NCBI RefSeq assembly: GCF_001194135.2
Contig: NC_068984.1
Span: forward strand, 18,920,340 to 18,984,339
Direction of reading: 5' to 3'
Source: Octopus bimaculoides
Lineage: Eukaryota
DNA length: 64,000 nucleotides
Part shown: positions 1 through 11,282 of the stretch, one piece after another
How the letters are laid out: every line of letters begins with the position of its first letter
Position numbering within the stretch: the stretch's first letter is position 1
Position numbers and translations under genes: made by a program
Notes under the pieces: model-generated
What the model was told of the DNA's origin: nothing
The model's database searches: none
Seen by the model: only the letters and a program-made list of their open reading frames with translations

Positions 1-172
1 AGACGAAGACAGGTGGTGTAGACAACAAACAGATTTATTAGTTTAACGTTCGGGAAGTGAAAAAGTCTTTAAACGTTTTGAGCCTATGCTCTTCCACAGA
101 AAGGAACACAGAAAGAAACAAGGAGAGAAAAAAAGAATGTGTAGTGGCTAGCGATCTATCATAGACAGACAG
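1..172 (-). mobile_element. Penelope-like terminal repeat remnant with a degenerate hammerhead-like motif
   Basis: Diverged second copy at about 34231-34407. The minus strand reads CTGTGGA-A-GAGC-ATAG-GCTC-AAAACGT, a decayed version of the 34296-34334 motif. Confidence 0.55.
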
Positions 173-209
173 ACATACATAAAGTAAACACAAAAAGTAT
201 CTTTGAGAT

Positions 210-600
210 AATAATTGGAGGAATTAGGAGGCCAAAAATTGGGGCTGTTGAAGGCACAGAAATTCTCCAACAATCACTTTCCAGGGATTCGGCAAGGAGC
301 CTGAATCTTACTGCCACACATGTAGCCTTCCAGCAGTAACATCCCCCAGCCAGGGATTGCCTACAGTCTCCAGCAGCTTCCTGCAGCCATCTGAATTGGT
401 CCTAAGGCCCTGTTCAAAGATGTGGGGAAGAATTCTGGAGACAGTCAGAATACCTGCTATGTCCTTCCTGCTGGCCACAACTTTGTAGTCTCCATTGCAC
501 ATCTTACAGCCTTTACAGTGTCCAAAGAGTATTGAACAACAGTCATGATAATTTTCCCCAGCTGATACCATCATTGGGATCAGGAAATTTTTTCCAATAT
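210..600 (-). mobile_element. Degenerate Tc1/mariner-superfamily transposase fragment (DDE/D region)
   Basis: The minus strand encodes PHIFEQGLRTNSDG...PWLGDVTAGRLHVWQ*DS and, downstream, SPNFWPPNS. These match the WQQD(S/N)APCH and WPPNSPDLNP motifs, with stops and frameshifts. Confidence 0.75.
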
Positions 601-802
601 TCAGATGGTGTGTGCGCACACACACACATATAGGTGTGTATGTATTAATGTTTTATCTATCAAATAATTTTTATTTCATTATTCTTTTCTCAGGGTCACT
701 AATTAAAATTTAATTTTTTAGCAAGAAACAAAGCACAGCCTTGCTAAAATAATTAACATTGTTCTTTATTTCTTCTCTTCTATTCTGATTTCATAACTGC
801 AG

Positions 803-934
803 AAACAAAATCAACACCCACCAGTAAGAAAGTCGACTTCGCTGACTGGAAAGAAACTTCACCAGAACCTTTCGACAAGCTGGAGTAGACATGACTATAC
901 AGAAAGCAGTTTAGCAAATGGAAATCAGACTGGA
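803..934 (+). CDS. Unidentified gene A, first visible exon (KQNQHPPVRK...NGNQTG); gene probably starts upstream
   Basis: Polypyrimidine tract + CAG acceptor at 802, GT donor at 935, 132 nt, open frame, phase 0/0. Confidence 0.65.
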
Positions 935-1371
935 GTAATTAATGCTTACTGATATTTTTAATCTTTACTTCTGTTCCATCCTTATACAGAGATAACACCC
1001 TGCTTTGTAGGAGATGTTTTAGACTACTTACTTCCAAATTTTATTTTTCTTCTCTGACAAAAAACATAGAAAAGAGCAGTCTTTACTAAACCCCAAAGAA
1101 TACGAACATTCCTCTTTAGATACGATTGGCAATGGGGTAAATTCTACTGACAAAACCCAATGAGGCTGAAATGCATGTCTAGCATTCTCACTGCCACAGC
1201 TGGATGATTTTTATCTGCTACTGATAACATTTGTGTTTTAAAATATAGTATGTCCATGAGATGTTTTATCTCCAGATGAATACTGCTGCTAATTTGCTTT
1301 TATACAGTGTATTTGCATTGAGTATGATACATAGTTGGCTATTTTAATCTAATACTACTTCCATTTACTTT

Positions 1372-1697
1372 TCTTTCTTTTACTTGTTTCAGTCATTTGA
1401 CTGCAGCCATACTGGGGCACCACCTTCAGTCGAGTAACTCGACCCCAGAGCTTATTCTTTGTAAGCCTAGTACTTATTCTATTGGTCTCTTTTGTCGAAC
1501 TGCTAAGTTACAGGGACGTAAACACACCAGCATTGGTTGTCAAGTGATGTTGGCGGGACAAACACAGACACACACACATACATATATATATATATACGAC
1601 GGGCTTCTTTCAGTTTCCGTCTACCAAATCTACTCAGAAGGCTTTAGTCGGCCCGAGGCTATAGTAGAAGACACTTGCCCAAGGTGCCACGCAGTGG
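1372..1697 (-). mobile_element. tRNA-derived SINE family A, 5'-truncated
   Basis: Close match to copies at 3398, 21972, 48195 and 62081 (ggcaccttgggcaagtgtcttctactatagcc core; gtcaaatgactgaaacaagtaaaaga tail). Confidence 0.85.
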
Positions 1698-2091
1698 CGT
1701 GCACAATAGATTTTTTTCATTTGGCTGGGCAGGCTTACCTTGAGAGAAAATTATGGCTCTTTCATGATAGGGGGCTGTTAAGTTGTCATTTGGATGAATA
1801 GACCATTGCATTCGGAATAGTTTAGATGAGCGATAAAGTAAAATAAAATGCTACACAAGCTGATGAACTGACAATTTGGTGATTGCATAAATTTCAAGAT
1901 GTGTAAAAAATAACACACACACACACACAATCATCATCTTCCTTTGACGTCCATTTTCCATGCTAATATGGGTTGGACAGCTTGATACGATCTAACAAGC
2001 AACAGGACTGCATTGAGCACCAATGTTAGCGTTGACATTTGTAATGCCAATCACTTTTCAGTGTGTGTGTGTTATATAGATATAAAACCAT

Positions 2092-2344
2092 CATTATTTA
2101 CATTTGATGGATATTTGTCCTCATCTTGTTTGTTGTTAACACAACGTTTCGGCTGATATACCCTCCAGCCTTCGTCAGGTGTCTTGGGGAAATTTTGAAT
2201 CTGGGTTCTCATTCCTAACGATGTTACTATTATTATATTATTATTATTATTATTACTATTATTAATCAGGTCGCTGCCGTGAATCGAACTCGGAATCTTG
2301 GGGTTAGTAGCCCGCGCTCTTAACCACTACGCCATATGCCCGTG
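2092..2344 (-). mobile_element. tRNA-headed SINE-like element with (AAT)n linker and hammerhead-bearing tail (left copy)
   Basis: Minus strand has an A box (TGGCGTAGTGG), a B box (GAGTTCGATTC), an (AAT)n run, then the hammerhead-like motif at 2138-2183. Confidence 0.7.
2138..2183 (-). ncRNA. Putative minimal type I hammerhead ribozyme
   Basis: GACAC-CUGACGA-A-GGCUG(10-nt loop)CAGCC-GAAA-CGU-U-GUGUU: core nucleotides, 5-bp stem II, 5-bp stem I, palindromic ACGU stem III. Confidence 0.55.
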
Positions 2345-2354
2345 NNNNNNNNNN

Positions 2355-2388
2355 CAAGATTCCGAGTTCGATTCACAGCAGCGACCTG

Positions 2389-2422
<34 letters not shown>

Positions 2423-2600
2423 TAATAATAGTAACATCGTTAGGAATGAGAACCCAGGTTCAAAATTTACCCAAGACACCTGAAGAAGGCTGGAGGGTAT
2501 ATCAGCCAAAACGTTGTGTTAACAACAAACAAGATGAGGACAAATATCCGTCAAATGTAAATAATGTAAATAATTCCTCATCTCTTAAATATAGAACTGT
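2355..2600 (+). mobile_element. Second, inverted copy of the tRNA-headed hammerhead SINE-like element (head lost in the gap)
   Basis: 2355-2566 is the reverse complement of 2092-2300 with a few substitutions; GAAA is mutated to AAAA at 2508. Confidence 0.7.
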
Positions 2601-2894
2601 AAAATCATCATTGTTTTAACATCTATTTTTCCATGTTTGCATGAGTCAGGTGCGACTTCATTGAGGGAGAATTTTCTATAGCTGGAAGCTCTTCCTGATG
2701 CCAACCCTCACTTGTTTCCAAGCAAGTTAATAATCCCCCAGTCTATCAAACAACGAACAGACCAAATATGTTTTTTTCAGAGGACAACAAACAAATGATA
2801 CTGTTTGAATGAATGGTGAATTTGAACCAATAATATAGTTTTGTTATTTAAAAGCAAATTCTTATATTTCAATAAAATTATCATTCATTACCAG

Positions 2895-3039
2895 AAATCT
2901 AGACGAAATGTTTATCACTCCAACATTCAAAGAAAAGTCTGCAAGTCATTTGAAAAATCTGAAACTGAAGAAAAAGTGGACACATCAAAAAAATCCTCAA
3001 CCGGATCATCAAAATTCAGAATAGAATCTAAGTCAAAAG
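2895..3039 (+). CDS. Gene A exon (KSRRNVYHSNIQRK...ESKSK)
   Basis: CAG acceptor, GTAATT donor, 145 nt, phase 0/1; lies inside ORF 2841-3047. Confidence 0.75.
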
Positions 3040-3397
3040 GTAATTAGAGCTTTTAGTTAACAGTTTTGCTGCCATATTTCTCTTGAAATACACTACCTGT
3101 GTCTCAGTTAATGAAGAATATAAGTAAAATAACTTTGTCATTTATTAAGTTTGTGTTTAGAACCTACCATATTTAAACCAGCCATATCTGGCCTAAATAT
3201 TCTACCAGTTTTATGTCAAACCAGCCAGATCCAGCTTCTCACACCTTCATGACAATGTTATTCTTAAAATATGCAATCACATGCTCGAAATCTTGAAACT
3301 ACAAGATAATGCATGATTAATTTAAAATGAAGTGAATGAATGAGCATTACATTTGACAGAGTAATCTGAATGCTAAAGAGTTAATGGCATATAAGAT

Positions 3398-3790
3398 ACT
3401 CTTTACTCTTTTACTTGTTTCAGTCATTTGACTGCGGCCATGCTGGAGCACCATCTTTAGTCAAGCAAATCGACCCCAGGACTTATTCTTTGGATGCCCA
3501 GTACTTATTCTGTCGGTCTCTTTTGCCGAACCGCTAAGTTACGGGGACATAAACACACCAGCATTGGTTGTCAAGCGATGTTGGGGGGGACAAACATATA
3601 CATACACATACATATATATATATATATATACATATATACAATGGGCTTCTTTCAGTTTCTGTCTATAAATCCACTCACAAGGCTTTGGTCAGCCCGAGGC
3701 TATAGTAGAAGACACTTGCCCAAGGTGTCACGCAGTGGGAATGAACCAGGAACCATGTGGTTGGTAAGGAAGCTACTTACCACACAGCCA
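3398..3790 (-). mobile_element. SINE family A, near full length
   Basis: tRNA-like head, conserved core, internal (TA)n and family tail; matches the other copies. Confidence 0.85.
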
Positions 3791-4278
3791 CTCCTGCGCC
3801 TATGCACATTTTTTTTCTCCAAAAAATGTCCCCAAAAATCACTTCAGATCCTAGATGCCAAGTTGGACCTGCTATAAGCTTTAACACATTAAAAACATTT
3901 TCTTTGTTCCTGAATATGCACTACTGAAAGTCAGATGTATCCGATATGCTCACATGTACTTTATGCCAACAAATGCAGTAAAATAAACATGAAATTTTGA
4001 TGCAAAGTTTTAATTTAGATCACATCAGAACCAAGCGGTTTGGTATCAGAAAAAGTCAAAATTGGTTAGTCCTTAACTAATAAATCTTATGTTACATTTT
4101 ACATTTTAAGTATTGGTAGGAAATAAATACTTAAAAATATCGTAATTTAAGCTTTTATATTTATTTTTTCTTTCATATTGTTAGCTAACTATTTTAATAT
4201 CAACTGACATGAAACTGCCTCTGGTCCTATCAAACGTAAACCTTTCATTTTAAGTGATTGCATTTGAATTAAAACAGG

Positions 4279-4890
4279 CATGGCTATGTGGTTAAGAAAC
4301 TCACTTTGTAACCACACGTTTTTTGGTTCAGTCCCCTGCACAGCACTTTGGGCAAGTGTTTACTATTACTCCAGGCCATTCAGTGCCTTGTGAGTGAATT
4401 TGGTAGATGGAAAATGTGTGGAAGCCCATTGAGTGTGTTATTTCTTTACTACCCACAAGGAGCTACACACAGAGGGGACAAACAAGGACAGACAAACGGA
4501 TTGAGTCGATTATATCGACCCCAGTGCGTAACTGGTACTTATTTAACTGACCCCGAAAGGATGAAAGACAAAGTCGACCTTGGCGGAATTTGAACTCAGA
4601 ACGTAACGGCAGACGAAATACTGCTAAGCATTTCGCCCGGCGTGCTAACGTTTCTGCCAGCTCGCTGCCTTAAGCCCATTGAGTGTGTGTGCACGCCTTT
4701 GTGTTTGTTCCCAACACAGCTTGACAACTGGTTTTGGTTTGTTTACATCCCTGTAATTTGGCGGTTTGGCAAAAGAAGTTGATAGGACGAATACCAGACT
4801 TTTGTAAAAAAAAAAAAAAAAAAAACACTAAGTACTAGGGACAATTTGTTTGACTAAACCCTGCAAGATGATGCTCCAGCATAGCCGCTG
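4279..4890 (+). mobile_element. SINE family A copy interrupted by a family B SINE
   Basis: Head at 4279; body resumes after 4687; a 16-bp duplication flanks the insert. Confidence 0.75.
4438..4671 (-). mobile_element. tRNA-derived SINE family B with a 16-bp TSD
   Basis: ggcagcgagctggcagaaacgttagcacgccgggcg head and ctttcatcctttcggggtc core; TSD aagcccattgagtgtg at 4422-4437 and 4672-4687. Confidence 0.9.
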
Positions 4891-6171
4891 TCCTCTGACT
4901 GAAACAAGTAGTAAATTAAAAATAAGAACTTTAACCTTTATCATGCTAACCTTTAATCTAGCATGATAAAGACTAAAGTTTGAATTTTCAAACCTCTATA
5001 TTCATAGGCTATTGGTATACAAAATTTCTCAAGACATCTTGTCATGAGATTATTTCAAAAACAAGTACTGAGGAAAAGAAAGCTTAAGACAACCCTAACA
5101 AACACATTTTTGCACTAACTTAAATTGAGTTTTACCATAACAAGGTAGCTTCTGTCTGTCACGTTATCTACTAGAAATATTGTCCAAATTTCTCTTAAAT
5201 CACTGTACCTTTTAAAATGAAGGACACATTTGCTGATATAGTCCTAGATGTGCTGTGTCTAAAATCAAGATTAGATCATCATAGCTGGAGTATGTTTGAT
5301 CTAAGGTCTGCTTGTTCAGGGCTGAACAACAGCTTGCTCTGCTACAAAGTATTTCAGTAACAAATTGCATAGTTTGACAGTTGCAATTTATGCTGACTTT
5401 TGATTTTTTTAGTTTATTACATAACTGTTTGTAGGTACTCCTAGCTAATAATTTGCATTTGTAAAAACTCTACAAATATAGGGATAGGCATACAAGCATG
5501 GGTAATTGGTTAAAAGTTTGCCTTACAACTATTGGTTTCCTTGTAAGTGCCCTTCTACCATAGCATTGTGTTGACCAGCACTTTGGGAATTAAATTTGGT
5601 ACATGAAAACTATGGAAGTCTGTTGTGTGGTGTACCAGTGTTAATCAGTTCAAATACCTTGCAGTATTTAAGCCTGTAAAAGGGAGGTAATTCAGAAGGG
5701 ATGGTAACTAATTCTAAACCTTTGCAATAGACTAATACTTACGAATCAATAGTCGTTAAGGTTTTTTTTTTTTCCTTTTGTTTGGTCTGAAGGAAGTTTT
5801 GCAGCCCTTCTGTCCACTGACCAGTTATAGGCTATAGTTGAAATTGGTAAATATCTTTCCTACTTAAACATTTACACAAACACACACACACATGAACTAC
5901 ATGGCTGTATATTGTTGTAGTTGTTTAGTTCCAAGCTGGCCCTGATCAAGTAAATCTATGATAAAAGTATTCACACCATGACAATTCCATTTTTCTCTTT
6001 AACTCGAAATAGCATACCCTGGTATAAGTTATCCAAAGAGTCCCATCTTTTAAGAGAGTAGATTGTTGTTTGAGGGAGATTTGGCTGTTATTTCTAGTCA
6101 GTCAAGTAACCATGTCAAAGTTTCCTTGATAGCTCATGCATGTATGTAAATTTTGTATATGTCCATATGTG

Positions 6172-6460
6172 AAGGCACATGGCCTAGGGTTCGAGTCTAG
6201 GAATTGGAACCACAATCGTAAGATTGTGGTTCCAATTCCTAGACTGATCAGTGCATTGTGTTCTTAAGCAAAGCACTTCATTTCACATTACTCCAGTTCA
6301 CTCACATGTAAATGAGTTCCAGCAATAGTTAGGAAGTTAACCCTTTGGTGGGCTAGTGCCCCATTCAGAGGCAGGGAGTGCTGTAATCTCACTTTTACCC
6401 CATAGAAGCTAGGTTAAGCTCCATACTTATAAATCCTAGGGCTCATGACAGAGCCAACTA
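6172..6460 (+). mobile_element. tRNA-derived SINE family D (degenerate) containing a perfect 24-bp hairpin
   Basis: Shares gcaaagcacttcatttcac...ccagt(t/c)cactca with copies at about 45160-45420 (+) and 37695-37850 (-). Confidence 0.65.
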
Positions 6461-6549
6461 AGTCATATGTATATAGTGATGCCACCATATTTAAGAAAAT
6501 TAATTTTATTGGCTACTGTATATCCTTTCTTTTCTCCTATATATATCAG

Positions 6550-6632
6550 ATCAAGTAGAAGATGATCCCGATAACCAGAGTGTGGAGTTTTACCCATTCA
6601 CAGCACCATCATTTGGACACAGATATTCTGAA
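6550..6632 (+). CDS. Gene A exon (DQVEDDPDNQSVEFYPFTAPSFGHRYSE)
   Basis: CAG acceptor, GTAAGA donor, 83 nt, phase 1/0, consistent with both neighbours. Confidence 0.8.
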
Positions 6633-7056
6633 GTAAGAAAGTTTCAGTGTGTATTGTCTTGATTAAAACATTTACTGCTTATCTTCAGTGAAGTATTATA
6701 TACAGATATCATTAAATATCCTCAGCCTTTTATGAGATGTAAAGGAGAAGGGTAGTAGGAGAAGTAAATACTAAATTTGATAATGTTTGTATGCCTTTGA
6801 ACTTTATTATTAATATTGTTGTCTTTTGATTAATTTGTATCACATCTGTAAATTTCTCTCTAGTCTGTATGTTAATTGTAACTAGGTGTTGTCATGAAAA
6901 GCAGTTTTTTTTTTTCAGTATCAGAATATAAAGAAAATAATACAAGTGATAAAATTCCAAGACATCGTTTTCTTAAAAGTTGTCTCTTTTTTTCTCTTTT
7001 AATCAGTAGCTCAGTGCTTAAGGACTAAACTGAAATTATTTGTGTGATATTTTCAG

Positions 7057-7112
7057 GATCTTAAAACAGAATTTGAAATGCGTTTGGCTAATTTTGCAAG
7101 AAAATTCTCATG
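7057..7112 (+). CDS. Gene A exon (DLKTEFEMRLANFARKFS)
   Basis: TTTCAG acceptor, GTAAGT donor, 56 nt, phase 0/2. Confidence 0.8.
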
Positions 7113-7507
7113 GTAAGTTACATTTGATTATCAAATAAAACAACAACTATTTGAGTTAGTTAAATGAATGACAGTTAGAGAAAATTATAGTAAAGATTGA
7201 TATGATTTCTTGTAAATTAGATAACATTTATTTGGTTTGAGGACAGAAATAAATATCTAAAAAAAAAAAAATTATTTCATTCTGGTGAATGCAATGACAT
7301 GGGTTTCGAATGAGTTAATATATTGCATTCTCATGGCAAGAATAAAGCATAAATGTCACCATTTAACGAAGCACTTTTGGTGCAAAAACATGCAGAGATA
7401 AATAAAAAGACACACACACAAAAATTTAAATAATGAAAATTGATATTTTTTGCAGAGTTCATGTTATTTTTTAAAAATTTAACAATTCTAAACTTTTCTT
7501 TGTTTAG

Positions 7508-7600
7508 CAATAGCTCTGACAAAACTCCATGCCATATATTATTTGAAAGTGGTCAAACTATTGAGTTTGGCAAAGATTGGGTTGAAAGACATATTGAAAG
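7508..7600 (+). CDS. Gene A exon (CNSSDKTPCHILFESGQTIEFGKDWVERHIER)
   Basis: TTTAG acceptor, AG|GTAAAT donor, 93 nt, phase 2/2. Skipping it would create TGA at the 7112/10567 junction. Confidence 0.8.
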
Positions 7601-8651
7601 GTAAATTCATTTTCAGATTATTAGAATTTCAGAAATCCCTGATTATCTTAAATTATTATTCCTGCAATCAGCATGATCTTCTGGTCCATAGTTATTCCAT
7701 CACCTTCCAATTCTCAACCTGAATACTTTTTCTGCTCCTTCTACTACTACAACACCTACCTCTTAAACCCACCAATTGTTCTATCACGTGCCATCAAGAA
7801 TATTACTGTATTAATTGCTTGCTTTGTGGTTCTGTATGTTGAAGAAACCAATCAGAAAAGTTATTCCAGGAAGTGCTTTTTAGACATCCAATGTATGAAG
7901 AGTGAATCACTTAACTTTTAACTCCTCGCTTCTGTCCTCCTGGCTAAAACTTATTGCATCTGTCTCTGGTGGTGTTTTATGCTATTGATCAACTATCTTC
8001 TGTATGTACACAGCTCAAAATGAAATTAAGAATTGCATTGTCCTTTGCCACCTTTTAACACACCACCCCCGCCACTTATAAAATGCTCTCCATTCCTATC
8101 TATTTCCAGAGTCTTTCACACTCTCTATCCGTCTATCACACATGCATACCCTTATGCCTTATTCACACCACCTACCCATCAAAACACATCACATACAACA
8201 TGCTTACACAAGTTCTCACACACATACACACTTCCATATGCATAGGTTTATACCAATGTATATGTAGAACATACTATCACATTTTATTTCTGTTTGGCTC
8301 TATAACACACATATTTGCATGTTTGTTGTATATTGTTTTCCTTGGCTTAAAAAAAAAGAACACTCTTTCAGTAGTAAAACACCATTTTCTTTACCTGCTT
8401 CCATTATTCATTTCATTATGTGCCTTTCATTGTAAACACTGCTTCTATGGAACTTTCTTCTCTTCCTTGCTTTTTCTTGAAAGATCTCTCTCTGAAATTA
8501 TGTTAAACTCTCCTCTGTTCAAGTATAAAATTATTCCAGTTCTTTTATTCTCCCCCCCCCCTCCTTACATAAAATATCTCAGAAGGGTATCATTTACCAT
8601 AGGCTTGAGCCCTGTGAGTAAAACATTGTACATGGAAATTATGTGGAATCC

Positions 8652-10400
8652 TGTCATCATCATCATCATCATCATTATTTAACATCTGCTTTCCATGCTG
8701 GCATGGGTTGGATGGTTTGACAGAAGACCAGTGAACCGGGAAGCTGCACCAAGTTCCAATCTGATTTGGCATGGTTTCTACTGCCGGATGCCCTTCCTAA
8801 CTCCAACCAATCCAAGAGTGTAGTGGGTGCTTTTATGTGCCACTGGCACAACACCAGCATTTGCCACGACTACAGTCTCACTTGCCTTGGCAGGTCTTCA
8901 CGAGCACAGCATGTTGCCCAACGTTTGATGGGTGCTTTTTATGTGTCAGTTATGTAACTCTGGCATTGGCCACAACTACGATCTCACTTGGTTTGACAGG
9001 TTTTTTCAAGCACAGCATATCACCAAAAGTCTCAGTCACTTGTCATTGCCTCTGTGAGGCCCAACATTAGAAGATCACGCCATCTCATCCCATGTCTTCC
9101 TGGGTTTATCTCTTCCACAGGTTCCCTCCACCGGTACAGTGCAGCACTTCTTCACACAGCTGTCCTTGTCCATATGCATCACATGCCCATACCAGCACAG
9201 TCGTCTCTCTTGCACACCACATATGATGCCTCTTATGCTCAACTTTTCACTCAGGATGCTTACCCTCTGTTGTGCATGCACACTGTTATTACATATCCAG
9301 TGAAGCATACTAGCTTCATTTCTTACGAACCTAGGCATGTCTTTGGTAGTTACAGCCCATGTTTCATTGCCGTGTAGCATGGCTGTTCACACATGGGCAT
9401 CATATAGTCTGTCTTGCACTGTGAGGGAGAGGTCTTTTGATACCAGCAGAGGTAAGAGCTCTCTGAACTTTGCTCAGCGTATTCTTATTCTAGCAGTTAC
9501 TCTCTCAGAGCATCCATCCCCACTACTGACTTGGTCACCTAGGTAACAGAAGCTATCAACTACTTTTAGTTTTTGCCCCTAGCATTTGATGGAATCTATT
9601 TTCTGTACATTTTTAGTGTTAATTGTACCTGTCCACCTTCCACACACACAAACTATTTTCCGTATTAACCTTCCTGATATTACTGCACCTCTTATATATC
9701 CATATCTTACACCAGGTACATCTTATGGAGTTTCTACTTGCGTCTTTTCTACAGATTGAGCAGGGCTATCTACCTGAAGGGTTTTGTGATTTGTCTGCTC
9801 TCCTACTTACTAAGATTTTGGTTTTATGCTAGATTGACTCTAAGGCCCTTCAATTCTTGAAATTTCTTCTCAAGTTCTGGTAGTGATTTAGCTATTAGAG
9901 CAAGGTCATCAGCATAGAGGAGCTCCCAGGGGCAGCCTGTCATGAATTCCTCTATTATTGCCTGGAGGACTATGATAAACAGGAGGGGGCTGAGGACTGA
10001 TCCTTGGTGAACCCCTACTTGTACCCTAAATTCATCGCTATACTCATTGCTGACCTTCACCTTACTGACAGCATCCCTGTACATGACTTGTGCAGCTCTC
10101 GCCAACCACTCGTTTATCCCTAGTTTCTGCATTGACCACCAGATAAGGGAGTGAGAGACTCTGTCAAAGGCTTTCTCCATGTTGACAAAAGCCAGGTGTT
10201 TATTTTTGGCCAGATATTTCTCCTGAAGTTGCCTAACTAGGAATATAGCATTAGTCGTGCTCCTGCCCGGCACAAATCCGAACTGCATCTCATCTACACT
10301 AATTCTCTCGCTAATTAGTTGGGCTATGACTCTCTCCGTAACTCTCATCACCTGATCCAACAATTTGATACCTCTATAATTGTCTCTGTCTAAGGTATCA
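8652..10400 (-). mobile_element. RTE-clade LINE, 5'-truncated and internally deleted: RT fragment, C-terminal region and 3' UTR ending in (CAT)n
   Basis: ORF 9824-10363 has QFGFVPGRSTT, EKAFDRV, GVHQGSVLSPLLF and YADDLAL. ORF 9075-9380 has LHGNETW, RRLCWYGHV and GRDKPRKTW. The 3' UTR is shared with many copies in the window. Confidence 0.9.
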
Positions 10401-10566
10401 CCTTTGTCTTTGTAGCACTTGACTATAATACTGCTACACCATTGACTATAATGCTACTACAATCATTGTGGACAACCTGATTAACTATACGGGGATGACT
10501 AAACATGTACATTGCAAATACTGTTGTGCCTTTGAAATTACAATAATTTTCTTTATCTTTACCCAG

Positions 10567-10685
10567 ATACATACTTCTCCTAATGCTGCAAAAGTTGAGA
10601 GCCCAAACAGCTAAAGAGAAGCATTCAAGATCTTTATCTCAAAATGAATGCACAGAAAAAGTGTCTTATCCATTGTTTAATTCCG
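10567..10685 (+). CDS. Gene A exon (YILLLMLQKLRAQTAKEK...PLFNS)
   Basis: Strong pyrimidine tract + CAG, G|GTGAG donor, 119 nt; only the phase-2 frame is open. Confidence 0.8.
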
Positions 10686-11282
10686 GTGAGTCTCTTTCAC
10701 AAGAACAACTCTGCAATGAATTGTAAAGTGAACATAGTTTATTGCCTTTCTAATTATCATTAGGAGTGTCATGCTACAAAAGACTAGGTCTTTAATTCAG
10801 TTTGTACCTCATTCTTTGCAATCATGCAATCACATCTGTTAATTCCTTTCTCAAAGTTTGTCTTCCTGCTTAAACATTAAGAAAACGTGAGAGGTGTTCA
10901 AGTACCTTTAAGTCAAGTTTGGATGTACATCATCATCTTTTGATATTCATCTTCTATGCTGACATCAATTGGATGGTTTGACAGGATCCAACATGTCCAA
11001 GGATTGCATAATGCTCCAAAGTCAGCTTTAGCATGCTTCCTGTGGCTAGATGCCCTTCCTAATGCCAGCCATTTCACAGACTGTACAGTTATTTCAATGT
11101 ACTATGCTTGAATCATCATTTCCATAGGTTTTATTGTGCTGTTGGTTAATGGTGATGTCATCAGGAACCTTGAGCTTACCATACAGGCATGCATCTTTTG
11201 AAATGAGGCAACTTCTACAAGGAGAACTTAACCTGCTAGAAATAGCAGCAAAATTTCTCAACTCACACCCTACCAGCTTTAA

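Noticed and set aside
1397-1801. ORF-track proteins overlapping SINEs (also 3494-3877, 33500-33823, 48364-48744, 59162-59497, 62105-62317 and similar)
   Set aside because: They are chance frames through multi-copy SINE sequence and microsatellites, with no splice or domain support.
2270-2344. tRNA gene (Ser-like anticodon loop CT-ACT-AA) on the minus strand
   Set aside because: A and B boxes are present, but the acceptor stem does not pair and the T stem has a mismatch. It continues into a repeat body, so it is a SINE head.
8083-8682. 199-aa hydrophobic ORF that might be a membrane protein
   Set aside because: It is low-complexity CA/TA-rich intron sequence ending in the (CAT)n LINE tail, with no conserved motif.
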